Below, in pieces: positions 23,992-35,999 of a stretch of 64,000 nucleotides of DNA (position 1 is the first letter of the stretch; every line of letters begins with the position of its first letter). Made by a program: the position numbers and the translations under genes. This DNA is from Octopus sinensis (Eukaryota), in assembly GCF_006345805.1 (NCBI RefSeq), contig NC_042999.1, forward strand, positions 158,100,001 through 158,164,000, given 5' to 3'. The notes under the pieces are model-generated. The model did no database searches, was not told the DNA's origin, and was given only the letters and a program-made list of their open reading frames with translations.

Positions 23992-25389
23992 ATATACCTA
24001 GACAATATTTCAAATGTTGCCACATCTATACCAGTACACTCGTCTGAACGCCAAAACGTTAACAGAACGATAACAGTGAAGAAGTTTCAATGAAAATAAT
24101 AATGGCCAGCAAACTGAGGGTGACCGGTAAATTCCACCGCAGTAAATTCCATATATATATATATGTGTGTGTGTGTATCACTTAGGCATTGTGAGACTAA
24201 ATAACCTGGTGTAGAATTCAATATACATATGAATATTGAATACGATTAGCTGATGAACTTTATTAGTTTACAGCTATTTCTGCAATAAGATGCAGTGCAC
24301 TCATAGTTGAGTACCCGAGTAACACCTTATTGTGTGTGGGTGTGTGACTGTGTGACTTCCGTGCAAAATCTTTTAAAAGCTCTAAAACATTTTCAAGGAC
24401 TGGTAGGTGAATCGTTACATGGAATTAAATCTTTGCTACATCTAATCCGATTAGCATCCACCAGGATGCGGTATGAAAAGGAAGTGAGCGGTGTATAACG
24501 AAATCTGATAGACTGGTCAGCAAACTGAGGGTGACCGATAAATTCCACCACAGAAAATTCTTAAAACATAAAGTTGCAGAGGTTTAAAGTTACATAATTT
24601 TTTACTCAGTCAGAAAACAAGATTTGGAAGCTGTCATTTTGTGCGTGACAGCACGTGTTATCAACTGTAAACAAATGAAATATTGGCGGAATTCTGTTTT
24701 ATGAACGACGGGAAATTTTTGAATTTTTGAATTTTTTGTGAATTTTTCACTCTACACACGGGAATCCGTTTGATCATGCAAAAACTAAAACGAAAAAAAA
24801 AAAAAATTGGTGTGTGTTATAAGGCCCTTTTAGCTGTCATTTTTAGCATATTTCACGATCAACTCATGTCTCGTGTTTTAAGCATTTGGTAAGCGAAAAA
24901 TGATAACGTAGCTTAACAGGACCACAAAGAGAGGTAAACAGCTTGGTAACAGCCTGGCTTGTTACTATGGAGACATGCAACTATCTGTCTGTGTCTTTCA
25001 ATTACCTACAATAACCCAACATTTGCAAACTTTAAAAGTTATTAACTCTTATTTATTGATTTATGACGAAAATAAATTTCATATCAATGATTACCATACA
25101 AAACTACACAAGGGGCCCAATATGAAATCAACTGGAAGAAAAATTAAAAAAATTGAAAAGTGGCAGCCAAACAAAAAAAGCTCCACTATCGGGAAAAAAA
25201 TACACATAACCATGGTGGAGATTCAGGATCTTTTATTTTGGCCAAGCCAGTCTCTTGTTACTCCAAGTTTTATCTGCAGGCACGCAAGAACTTCAGATTA
25301 ATCATGTCCTACAACTTGTCTTTCAGACCTTGTGTACCTACAAGTGAAAACGCAAAGGAGCAAGAAGATATCTTGACACAAATAATATA

Positions 25390-25526
25390 TATATAAATAT
25401 ATATATATGTATACATATATATATATATATGTATACATATATATATATCTTTATATATGTATTACATATATATATATCTTTATATATATATACACACATA
25501 TATATATATATATATTATATATTATA

Positions 25527-25557
<31 letters not shown>

Positions 25558-25668
25558 CTTTATATAAATATATATATATGTATACATATATATATATATA
25601 TGTATACATATATATATATCTTTATATATGTATACATATATTATATATCTTTATATATATATACACAC

Positions 25669-25714
<46 letters not shown>

Positions 25715-25752
25715 CATATATATATCTTTATATAAATTATATATATATATTC
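25390..25752. repeat. (TA)-rich block made of a ~170-nt tandem duplication
   Basis: The order of interruptions (TGTATAC, TCTTTA, CACAC) is repeated twice. Confidence 0.75.
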
Positions 25753-25814
25753 AATGGGTGAATGAATTATTCTATGTTCACCGTTAACATGGAAAATTCA
25801 ATGAGCCGTTACCA

Positions 25815-25960
25815 GGGTAGCAAATTCACGTCAGAAACACGGTTGAAGCGACCTATCCAAAGGTAGAAACTCCGGGTTAACGTGCAGTAATTTATGTGTT
25901 ATAAATGAATAAATAAATAAATGGAGTTGAACGAAGATGTTAATAAAATCCTTTTACTTT
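25815..25960. mobile_element. pLTR-like repeat homologous to 33142-33290
   Basis: GGGTAGCAAATTCACGTCAGAAA.CACGGTTGAAG...GGTAGAAAC...ATGGAGT.GAACGAAGAT shared between the two loci. Confidence 0.7.
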
Positions 25961-26451
25961 ATTTATTCATTTATATATATATATTCATACCTTCTTGTAT
26001 GCGTGAATATAACACTTTGAGTATAATACAACATTTGAACATATATACAAAACATAAGAACCGTTGCGTCGGTGAAAGGCAACCGCTGGAAGAATGCATG
26101 CCTAAACCGGATTTTCCGTTTAGCTCAACTCATTCTACCAAGGAAAGGCACGAAGCCTATAAATTGCATTTTCTTGTTTCTTTTAGACAATAATGTTAAT
26201 CGGATGCTGACGGATATTTCCGATCAATTAATATACTTCATCGCAACACTTCGAGAGATAATATTTTCCCAATGTCTACAGAATTTCGATCTTCTGTTTT
26301 AACTTTTCACTTTACTTATGTATATAAGGCTTCTAAGAAAAATAAACATAAAAACTACTCTATCTCATTTTCGCTCGTATTCTACCTCTGATGTATTCTG
26401 TTTATATGAGAATATTGTATTTAAATGGTTTCCAACCAGAATCATATATTC

Positions 26452-27410
26452 ATTTCTTTATTGTCCACAGGGAGCTAAACATAGAGGGGACAAACAAAGT
26501 GATTAAATCGATAACATCGACACCAGTGCGTAACTGGTACTTAATTTATCGACCCCGAAAGGATGAAAGGCAAGTTTGACCTCGGCGGAATTTGAACTCA
26601 GAACGTAACAGCAGACGAAATACCTATTTCTTTACTACCCACAAGGGGCTAAACACAGAGGGGACAAACAAGGACAGGCAAACGGATTAAGTCGATTACA
26701 TCGACCCCAGTGCGTAACTGGTACTTATTTAATCGACCCCCGAAAGGATGAAAGGCAAAGTCGACCTCGGCGGAATTTGAACTCAGAACGTAACAGCAGA
26801 CGAAATACCTATTTCTTTACTACCCTCAAGGGGCTACACACAGAGAGGACAAACAAGGACAGACAAACGGATTAAGTCGATTATATCGACCCCAGTTCGT
26901 AACTGGTACTTATTTAATCGACCTCGAAATGGTGAAAGGCGAAGTCGACCTCGGTGGAATTTGAACTCAGAACGTAACAGCAGACGAAATACCTATTTCT
27001 TTACTACCTACAAGGGGTTAAACACAGAGAGGACAAACAAGGACAGACAAACGGATTATGACGATTATATCTACCCCAGTGCGTAACTGGTACTTAATTT
27101 ATCGACCCCGAAAGAATGAAAGGCAAGGTTGACCTCGGCGGAATTTGAACTCAGAACGTAGCGGCAGACGAAATACCTATTTCTTTACTACTCACAAGGG
27201 GCTAAACACAGTGGGGACCAACAAGGACAGACAAACGGATTAAGTCGATTACATCGACCCCAGTGCGTAACTGGTACTTATTTAATCGACCTCCAAAAGG
27301 ATGAAAGGCAAAGTCGACCTCGGCGGAATATGAACTCAGAACGTAACGGTAGACGAAATACTGCTAAGCACTTCGCTCGGCGTGCTAACGATTCTGCCAG
27401 TTCGCCGCCC
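26452..27410 (-). mobile_element. SINE B pentamer: one full head + four extra ~184-nt 3' units
   Basis: Unit starts at 26452, 26626, 26811, 26995, 27179; single head ends at 27410; 12-bp TSD GAATCATATATT (26439-26450, 27415-27426). Confidence 0.92.
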
Positions 27411-28461
27411 TCCCGAATCATATATTTGTTTCTTTGATCACTCTTTTCCCTTCATTATCGTTTTACTAATTCTTTTTAAAAAACGAAGGCTTGAAACGAA
27501 ATGTAGAAAAAAAAAGAGAAAGAAAGAAAAATAAGAAAAGAAATGTAACCTTCATCCCACTAAGAAGTGACAGGACTAGAATATTCGAACTAATCCACTT
27601 AATACACTATGTTATTTTGTGTTTCGCTTGTCTGATTAGTGAGTTGAAGAAGTAAATGTTATATTATTTATTCAATTAGTCAAATAAGTTTTTTTCTTTA
27701 TAAATAAAGCAGTGTAAAGAAACGGTCATTAAGCCGCGTAAAGAAACGGTCATTCATTGATTAGGAGAAAGGTCAGCTGTATTGTAAATAAATAGCCACT
27801 ATATACGAAAGCAAAAGACAAAAGGTGAAGGAAAGAAAATAGCTGACGTACACAAACATAGTTGTTTAAAGTCCCAGAAAGCTGAAACCTTTTAAACGAA
27901 CTAATGTCGTTTCTTATGCAGAAAATAATTTAGAATGTTTATTCGTATTTGAGTGAAGCAACGAATGACTGAATTTTTATTTTCATAAATGAAGGAAAGG
28001 TTGTGGTGTGTCAAAAGTATTCGAAATCCACTCTACAAGCCTCCCATTATTTAGTTTTATCTCTATATTCTGAGTTCAAATCCTACTAAAGGAATCTTGA
28101 ACTTTTTTTTTATTCGGTATAAATAAAAAGAGTACTGCACCTGACTTGATTCAATTGACTATAGGTTTCATTTCGAAATATATTTACTTTTGGCATTGGT
28201 ATTTAAGGGCATCGGTTGTTTTAATCCTTAGACAGCTGCGATCTTGCCGATTCATGATCAAATGTGTTCCACCCACAACTATCCTGCCATTTTCTGGCAT
28301 ATAAAACTACATTATACTATATAATCCATCTTGACAAATGCTTTTGAACAGGCAAGTTCGAGGTAAGCTACATCTGAGATGAAGTATTAACATCTTATTT
28401 TCTATTTCTATCTTTATCCTCTCTCAGTTACATCTAAATAATATATCTAAAACGCAGCACA

Positions 28462-28532
<71 letters not shown>

Positions 28533-28599
28533 AAGATTTAAGGTGAAAAAGCACAGAAATCTTGTTCGTGTAGATAAAGATTATTTAATCCGTTACAAT

Positions 28600-29050
28600 A
28601 TATACAGAACCTTGCTCGATGGACGTAGGCGAGCTTGATGGACACTGGTCAAGGAGTCACATTGTGGTCTCTTTTCTGTTTCGGAAGAACGGCATAGGGA
28701 GTGATTTTGGGGGTGTTTACTTGGGCTGGCTTTTAGCAACTTCATTATCCCGGAAACTGAATATCTTCCGTTTCCAGTCTTTTTCTTTGCTTGCTTTATT
28801 TTTTTCAGGTGCCTGGTCATACATTTGAATTCGTTCGGATATTTTCACATCCTTTCGGCTTTTTTCTTTACTTTCTGAATTGTCTTGCGTTGTCTCAGTC
28901 TCAGGTTCGTTACCAGTTGGTCCTTTGGTTTTGGATGTCATTGCTTTAGTTGATGGCCCATCCTGTTGTTTGGTGTCTATTTCAGCTGGTCATCGGGCTA
29001 CAGGTCGACGGATGATTGGTGCTGCCTGATCAACAGTTGTGGACTTTATT
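28600..29050 (-). mobile_element. Charged low-complexity coding-like segment, possibly an inverted LINE ORF1 fragment
   Basis: K/E/S/T-rich minus-strand ORFs directly abutting the CR1 5' end in opposite orientation; no diagnostic motif. Confidence 0.3.
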
Positions 29051-29059
29051 ATTCGACAC

Positions 29060-31133
29060 TGGTCTCAACTATAGCGCTCATGTATACTTTATTAACAGCA
29101 CTATAGTTGTGACCAGTGCTCCACAAACAAGACAGTGCTCATCCATAATGTTAAGGTGACACCGATGATTTTCTCGGACCATAACTTAATAGAACTAACG
29201 ATGATGTATGGTCCGTAGAAGACTACAGACATGCAGGCTATGAGAAGCTTCCAACTACTCTCAATTCGCCCAAATGGGTCACTAAAGGATAACAAAGGAT
29301 CCTACCTTAGACGAAGTTTGCTCGAGATCGAAAATGAACTCAAACACTCTAATGAAAATGAGAGGGCAGAAAAATATTAAGACAAACCCTAAAACCTTCT
29401 ATAGATATGCTAAAAAATCTGCTTTAGTACGGTAAAAATAGGGCCACTATTTGAAAAGGGCTCACCGGCTGCAGACCTACAGAAGATCAGCAAGATACTG
29501 AATATGCAATAGAAGTGTTCTTTCACCACTCCACTGGGGCACTTGCAAGTAGTTCTGATGAGTTCTTTGGCTCCACAGATCGACACAACAAAATGGCAAT
29601 CATTGATATCATCAACATAGAGGAATCCTCCCAAAGAAATGCAAAGGGGTTCTAGTTAGACCACTTCAGATTCTTTTCCAAAGATTCCTTATAACAGAGA
29701 GACTTCCCAAAAAGTTAAAGGAAAGCATAATATGCCTATCAAAAAGGGAGGCAGCAGAGCAGATGCTAAGAATTATAGGCCTGTGTCGCTAACTTCCCAT
29801 ATCAGCCAAGTCATGTAGGACATCGCCAGGAATAAATTAATTGCGTTTCTGACACGCAGCATGGCTTTCGCTCAGGAAGAAGCTGCCTTACACAACTTTT
29901 GCAGCAGTATGACTGGGTGTTGAAACAATTAATGAATCGCTCAAACGTGGATGTGATATATCTCGACTTTGCAAAATCCATTGATAAGGTTTATCATGGG
30001 ATGATATGTCACAAACTACGGAGACTCGGCATAACTGGGAAAATCGGAGAGTGATTGCATGACTTCTTAAAAGACAGAAGCCAGGCTGTATCAGCCAACA
30101 GAGCCCGCTCCACGGAGACACTAATAGAAAGTTGGGTGTCTCAGGGAACTATATTGGGAACGCTGCAGTTCATACATGCCATAGACTGTCGCAGTTATTA
30201 GCTATGCTTGTGACACGAAAATAGTACAAGCAGTCAAGGAACCTTCTGATGCTAATCTTCTACAGAAAGACCTAGATGCCATATATAAATGGGTTGAGGA
30301 CAACAACATGCAATTTAATGCAGGCAGGTTCCAAGCATTCTGCTACCAGCTAATTGATGCTCAGAAGTTACTACAATACTTTGGACCAAAAAGAGCAGCA
30401 ATCCTAGAATCAAATATGGTGCGTGATCTTGGGATTGATATGAGTAACGATGCCTCGTTTCACATGCATGTCACCAAGATGGTAGCAGCGTGCAGGCGAA
30501 CGGGGGGATGGATTCTGAGAACCTTCAGAACAAAGGTCCAGAAAAATATGCTGGTCTTATGGAGGACATTTGTCCTCAGCCGTCTGAACTACTGCTCTCA
30601 ACAGAACTTTAGGCTTTTCAACGATAGTACACAAGGAAGATTGCGTCTATGAAACAGCTGAAATACTAGGAGAAACTAAAAGAACTACAACTGTACTCCC
30701 TGGAGCGAAAAGGGGACAGGTATGCAGTGATATATGTGTGGAAGATACTGAAGGGGCTGACACCAAACTTTGGAATTGAGAGTTATACCAGTCATCGAAT
30801 TGGACGTCACTGTACTGTTCCAGAAGTCCCAGCTGTTTCATCTAAGGTGAATACCATGTACAGCAATAGCTTGGGATTCAAAGGCCCACAGCTATTTAAG
30901 TCCTTGCCAAAATATCTGAGGGATATCCATGGAGTGGAGGTAGAGGTTTTCAAGAAACAACTTGACTTATTGCTATACAAGATCCCAGATGAACCAATAT
31001 CAAGGCAGGAACCCCAAAGTGGCCAGCAGTATCTAGCTCCCTCCTTCACCAACAGCCAATCCTATAGAATTGAGTAACCTGGCGGTGCCCCAGCTTGGCC
31101 AGAACCTTAGAGCTGAAACATAATAAAAGAATA
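29060..31133 (+). mobile_element. CR1-clade LINE, 5'-truncated and decayed (APE C-terminus + RT + 3' UTR)
   Basis: FSDHNLIEL, KGGSRADAKNYRPVSLTSHISQVM, QHGFRSGRSCLTQL, VDVIYLDFAKSIDKVYHG, LQLYSLERK.DRYAVIYVWKILKG; many stops and frameshifts. Confidence 0.9.
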
Positions 31134-31310
31134 CTTTCTCTCACTCTTTTTTTCTGTTACTGTTGTACCTGTATTTGAAAGGGCCAGCCCGAGAACTACA
31201 TGAAAGGTAAACGTGTCTGTGGAGTGCTCAGCCAATTGCACGTTAATTTCACGAGCAGGCCGTTCCGTTGATCGGATCAACTACAGCCCTCATCGTCGAA
31301 ACCGACGGAG
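31134..31310 (+). mobile_element. 3' part of SINE family F (36257-type module)
   Basis: CTTTCTCTCACTC...GCTCAGCCAATTGCACGTTAATTTCACGAGCAGG..CGACGGAGT. Confidence 0.8.
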
Positions 31311-31314
31311 TATG

Positions 31315-31346
<32 letters not shown>

Positions 31347-31391
31347 ATGTATATATATTATATATGTATATTATATATATTATATAAATAC

Positions 31392-31422
<31 letters not shown>

Positions 31423-31650
31423 TTATATTATATGTATATATTATATATCTGTATTTTTTTTATATTATATATATCATATATACATTATATATATAAGTAT
31501 TATAATATATATTACATATATATTATATATATTATATGATAATATATATATATTATATGTATGAATATATTATATATATAATATATATATTTTATATAAA
31601 TAATATATATTATATATGAATAATATATATATTATATAAATATATTATAT

Positions 31651-31695
<45 letters not shown>

Positions 31696-31710
31696 CATAT
31701 ATTATATGTT
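31310..31710. repeat. Degenerate (TA)n block
   Basis: Direct reading. Confidence 0.9.
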
Positions 31711-31881
31711 TTTTTCGTTCTTGTTTTCGTATACATTCACCCGCTTTTTCCAAGGAATTTAGTGCTCTTAGCTTAGTTTTTCCTTTGGTCTGGCCAGTTG
31801 GAGCAATCTCGAGTATAACCAGCCGAAATTGCAAAAATAATCTGGAGCTCGACTAAGGACAGAAAACTCCGAATGGACACA

Positions 31882-31981
31882 NNNNNNNNNNNNNNNNNNN
31901 NNNNNNNNNNNNNNNNNNNNNNNNNNNNNNNNNNNNNNNNNNNNNNNNNNNNNNNNNNNNNNNNNNNNNNNNNNNNNNNNN
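31882..31981. other. Assembly gap (100 N)
   Basis: Run of N. Confidence 1.
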
Positions 31982-31989
31982 ACACACAT

Positions 31990-32280
31990 TCTCACATATA
32001 CACACAAACACGTGCCCCTTCGTTTTAGGATCACCAATACTTTATCATCTCCCCTTCGTTCTACCTCTCCCGCCAAATCTTTTTTTCCAACTATTTGCCA
32101 TGCTTGACTGCTACATTCACGAGTTTTTTTTTTTTTCTGTTCATTTTCTCTTATTCCTTTCTGTTGAAAAGCGTAGGCTCGAAACGTAAAAGACTTTCTC
32201 ACTTTGCCGAGCGTCAAACTAATACACCTGCTTGTTGTTTATACACCTGTCTTTGACTTTTGGTTTTCTGTACATTTCAA
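31990..32280 (+). mobile_element. pLTR-like repeat with a hammerhead variant at 32157-32192
   Basis: CTTT-CTGTTGA-A-AAGC GTAG GCTC-GAA-ACGT-A-AAAG; homologous to 62230-62520 (minus). Confidence 0.65.
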
Positions 32281-33230
32281 CTATATGCACAGAGACTATT
32301 GTTGTAAACACTTAAATTCCTAATGTTTTCTTTCGAAAATGGAAGCAATACTAGGATTGTGAAAAACAAATCAATATGAGTATTCTGGTATTAAACGCCG
32401 CAAGAAAGTAGGATAAATTGAGTTGCTTGAATCGATAGTGTTGCTTTTATGTGTTTGGCGAACACATCCCATTTCTCTTCTACAAGAAATAAAAGACAGA
32501 GGATACGAACTGATAGAAGATATTGTTTGTCACATCTTTGCCTTGGTAGCAAGGAAATGTTGATTGATTTTTATTGGCTGCTGTTTTTGTGTAGCCTGAC
32601 CACATAATCAAAGTTATCGGTCTTTTTTATGAGGGTATGGTGTAATATACAGGAAATTGTGCTACTATTTGTAGTAGAAATATTAGCACCATCTAAACGT
32701 TAGCTTTCGCGGTTGACATTCAAAACGCTCGATTGCCATTGACGTTGATGCTATTTTTGCGTATGTTGTCATAATCAAAGCTATCGTCGTCATCATCCTT
32801 GCTGTTGTTACCGTGGTGATTTATCACTTAGTCTGTTCTTAGCCCGTAGACATATAATCAAAGGTGTCCAAGCTGAGCTACAAGTATTTCGCCCTCTTAA
32901 AAGTATGTAGGACTATTATTTTAATATTTGACTGAGTGATATGTGGTATGAGAGAGAGACTGGATAGTATTAAGATTTCTAGTAGGATAAGTAAGCCCGT
33001 ACAAGTTTCTCCTCCTAGGATAAGGTTATCGGACAGTTTATATGTATAAAGATAAATGCATAAATAGATACTACTTTATATATATATATATTTAAGTATG
33101 TGAATGAATTATCCTAGTATTGATAATTCGGTTAAACGATACCTGGGTAGCAAATTCACGTCAGAAAACACGGTTGAAGCTACATACCAAGGGTAGAAAC
33201 CCCGTGTTCTTGTGTGGTAATTTGTGTATT

Positions 33231-33427
33231 ATTTAAAATGAATAAAAGAATGGAGTCGAACGAAGATTTTAACACAATTCCTTTACTCTCAACACATGTT
33301 TCGAAGACTGCATATTCTTAATTCTTAATTCCTGAATTAAGAATATGCAGTCTTCGAAACATGTGTTGAAAGTAAAGGAATTGTGTAAAAATCTTCGCTC
33401 GACTCCATTCTTTTATTCATTTTAAAT
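33231..33427. repeat. Near-perfect palindrome: 94-nt arms, 9-nt loop
   Basis: Arms 33231-33324 and 33334-33427 differ at 3 positions; each arm carries GAAACATGT (hammerhead 3' half); left arm continues into the pLTR-like repeat at 33142. Confidence 0.95.
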
Positions 33428-33446
33428 ATATATATATATATATATC

Positions 33447-33817
33447 GTCTTCAATTTAGCAGATCCTGTTGTCAAAGGATATTTAACAATCCTAAATTGA
33501 TCAAATTTATCTTCACGTGTGCCAGTGCTTTTGCTGGGATATTTTGGGTTACTCGGCAATCGAAGAGTACGTGGTCTCCTGAACTTCTCACTTGAGTGCA
33601 TCTTCTTGGTTTTCTTGGGATGAATACATTTCAAGACTGCTTACTTTGCTTGAATACCTTTCAAAACGGCTCTCTTTGCCTTCACAGCCTTTGACCTGGT
33701 TTTGCTAATAGCGGAAGGCGTCAATGGACACATGGTTCTCTTTTTTCTTTTCTGCTTTTTTTTTGTAGATTTAGGTTTTCCTCCTTTGCTAGATGAAACT
33801 TTCTTCTTGGGAGCCAT
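33447..33817 (-). pseudogene. RPL23A: Processed ribosomal protein L23a (uL23) pseudogene, 3'-truncated
   Basis: MAPKKK...[54 protein letters not shown]...KFDQFRIVKYPLTTGSA matches KALKAKKAVLKG..FRRPKTLRL.RQPKYPRKS..KLDHYAIIKFPLTTESA; no introns; in-frame TAA at 33641-33643. Confidence 0.88.
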
Positions 33818-33826
33818 CTTGGTGTA

Positions 33827-34220
33827 GGCGCAGGAGTGGCTGTGTCGTAAGTAGCTTTGCTTACCAACCACATGGCTCCGGGTTCATTCCCACTGCGTGG
33901 CACCTTGGGCAAGTGTCTTCTACTATAGCCTCGGGCCGACCAAAGCCTTGTGAGTGGATTTGGTAGACGAAAACTGAAAGAAGCTCGTCGTATATATGTA
34001 TATATATATGTGTGTGTGTGTATGTTTGTGTGTCTGTGTTAGTCCCCCCAACATCGCTTGACAACCGATGCTGGTGTGTTTATGTCCCCGTAACTTAGCG
34101 GTTCGTCAGAAGTTACCGATAGAATAAGTACTAGGCTTACAAAGATTAACTCCAGCTCGACTAATTGCTGTGCTCCAGCATGGCCGCATTCACATGACTG
34201 AAACAAGTAATAGTAGAGAG
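33827..34220 (+). mobile_element. Composite SINE A-C
   Basis: Full head GGCGCAGGAGTGG; head-to-head with the RPL23A pseudogene. Confidence 0.9.
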
Positions 34221-34724
34221 AAAGAATATATATATATAATATATACACACATACACCCACACGCATAAGAAGTATATATATATATATATATAATATAATA
34301 TATATATATATATATATAATATATATATACTTCTTATATGCGTGATATATATATATATAATATATAATTATATAATATATATATATACAATATAAATAAA
34401 TACATAAATACATTATATATATATATACATACAGGGTTTATTTATGCTTAAAAACTGAATGAATTTGAGGAAAGCATCTAGATATGAAACATCATGAAAA
34501 TTGTTCAAACTGAAGTCCTTATTGAGCGACATATTTTTCCATTCGAGTCAATACAGAATTACAGATAGTGTCCATGGAATTTTTTATTTACTGTCGGGTG
34601 ACTTTTGACCAAACCTGTATATACCACTAACGTATGTATATGTGTGTGTGGTGTGTGTGTGTGTGTGTATGCATATATATACGCATATAGCATAAGTAGT
34701 ATATATGTATATATACATACACCT

Positions 34725-34810
34725 AAGTTTCCTTTTTGTTCTCGCTCAATTTCTCATACATATATGCCGTGAGCTTGCTCACATATTTCACAAATGTGTC
34801 TGTGCACTTG
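34725..34810. repeat. Short dispersed repeat, inverted homolog at 38830-38915
   Basis: CTCGCTCAATTTCTCATACAT.TATGCCGTGAGCTTGCTCACATATTTCACA present at both loci. Confidence 0.7.
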
Positions 34811-35454
34811 ATTATATATATAAAATCCATGCATGAATATGTATTTACCAATATCTCCATTTGTATAACCTGTTTTGTGTATTCATGAAATTCAATATCT
34901 TTATGCGCATATATGGATATGCATATTATTAATATGGATTTGAATTGACATATATATATGTGTGTGTGTGTATAACCATAGATAGATATAGCTATACACA
35001 GATATATGCATATATATATGCACACACACACTCACACACACACATATATATATATATGTATGTGTATGTGATGGGGTGTATGTATGTATGTATGTATATA
35101 TGTACGTACGTGTACAAATGTATATATGCATATATATATAGTGTTGTGTCTTAAGAGACCTATTACGCCAATAATAATAACAAACGCAGAAGTTCATTCA
35201 ATTGGTAAATATCAGATCAACTAACAAAACGATTTTTGTTTAATGCTCTGGTTAACTGATTCTTCAGTTGTTTGTTAGTCAAAGTTCTTTCATTACTGTT
35301 TGCGACCTTCTCACTCCAACGTCTGCTCTGAGTCCCTCTGACAATTAAGTCTTATGTCTGTGTGTGCATACTTGTATGTTTGTTTGTGTGTGTGCGTGTG
35401 TGGAAGGGTGTATGATTACATGTGTGATTACTAGTGTGTGTATGCATTCCTGTG

Positions 35455-35793
35455 AAGGCGCGTGGCTCAGTGGTTAGAGCGTCGAGCTTACGATCGTGAG
35501 GTTGTGAGCTCGAATCCCGGACCGGGCTGCGTGTTGTGTTCTTGAGCAAGACACTTTATTTCACGTTGCTCCAGTTCACTCAGCTGTAGAAATGAGTTGC
35601 GACGTCACAGGTGCCAAGCTGTATCTGCCCTTGCCTTTCCCTTGGACAACATCGGTGATGTGGAGAGGGGAGGCTGGTATGCATGGGTGACTGCTGGTCT
35701 TCCATAAAACAACCTTGCCCAGACTTGTGTCTCAGAGGGTAACTCTCTAGGTGCAAACCCATGGTCAAAGTCTGACCGAAGGGGGTCACCACC
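35455..35793 (+). mobile_element. tRNA-derived CORE-like SINE family E, full length
   Basis: A box TGGCTCAGTGG, B box GCTCGAATCC, CTTGAGCAAGACACTT; 13-bp TSD ATGCATTCCTGTG (35442-35454, 35794-35806). Confidence 0.9.
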
Positions 35794-35999
35794 ATGCATT
35801 CCTGTGTGAGTTTGTCTGCGTGCTTGTGTGATTATGTGATTGTGTACCTCTGTGTGTATGTATGCGCGCGTGTGTGTGTGTGTGTGCGTCTATGTCTGTG
35901 CTCGTATCTGCGCATGTCTTGTGTGTGTGCGTGTGTATGCGTGGTGTGTGTTTGTGTGTGGTTGTATGTTCTTGTGTTTATATGTCTGTTTGGAGCAAA

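Noticed and set aside
24247-24276. TAG-CTGATGA...CTA as a hammerhead
   Set aside because: Lacks GAAA and stem III; it folds as a simple TAGCTG/CAGCTA hairpin.
26452-27410. Regular ~184-bp periodicity resembling a CRISPR array
   Set aside because: There are no unique spacers; whole units are SINE B bodies; the context is eukaryotic with no cas genes.
31768-32217. ORFs spanning 31768-32217 and 31773-31985
   Set aside because: They read through the 100-N assembly gap.
35455-35530. tRNA-like heads (also 10043, 19564, 33827, 46156) as tRNA genes
   Set aside because: A/B boxes are present but I could not form complete cloverleaves, and each continues into a SINE body, several with TSDs.
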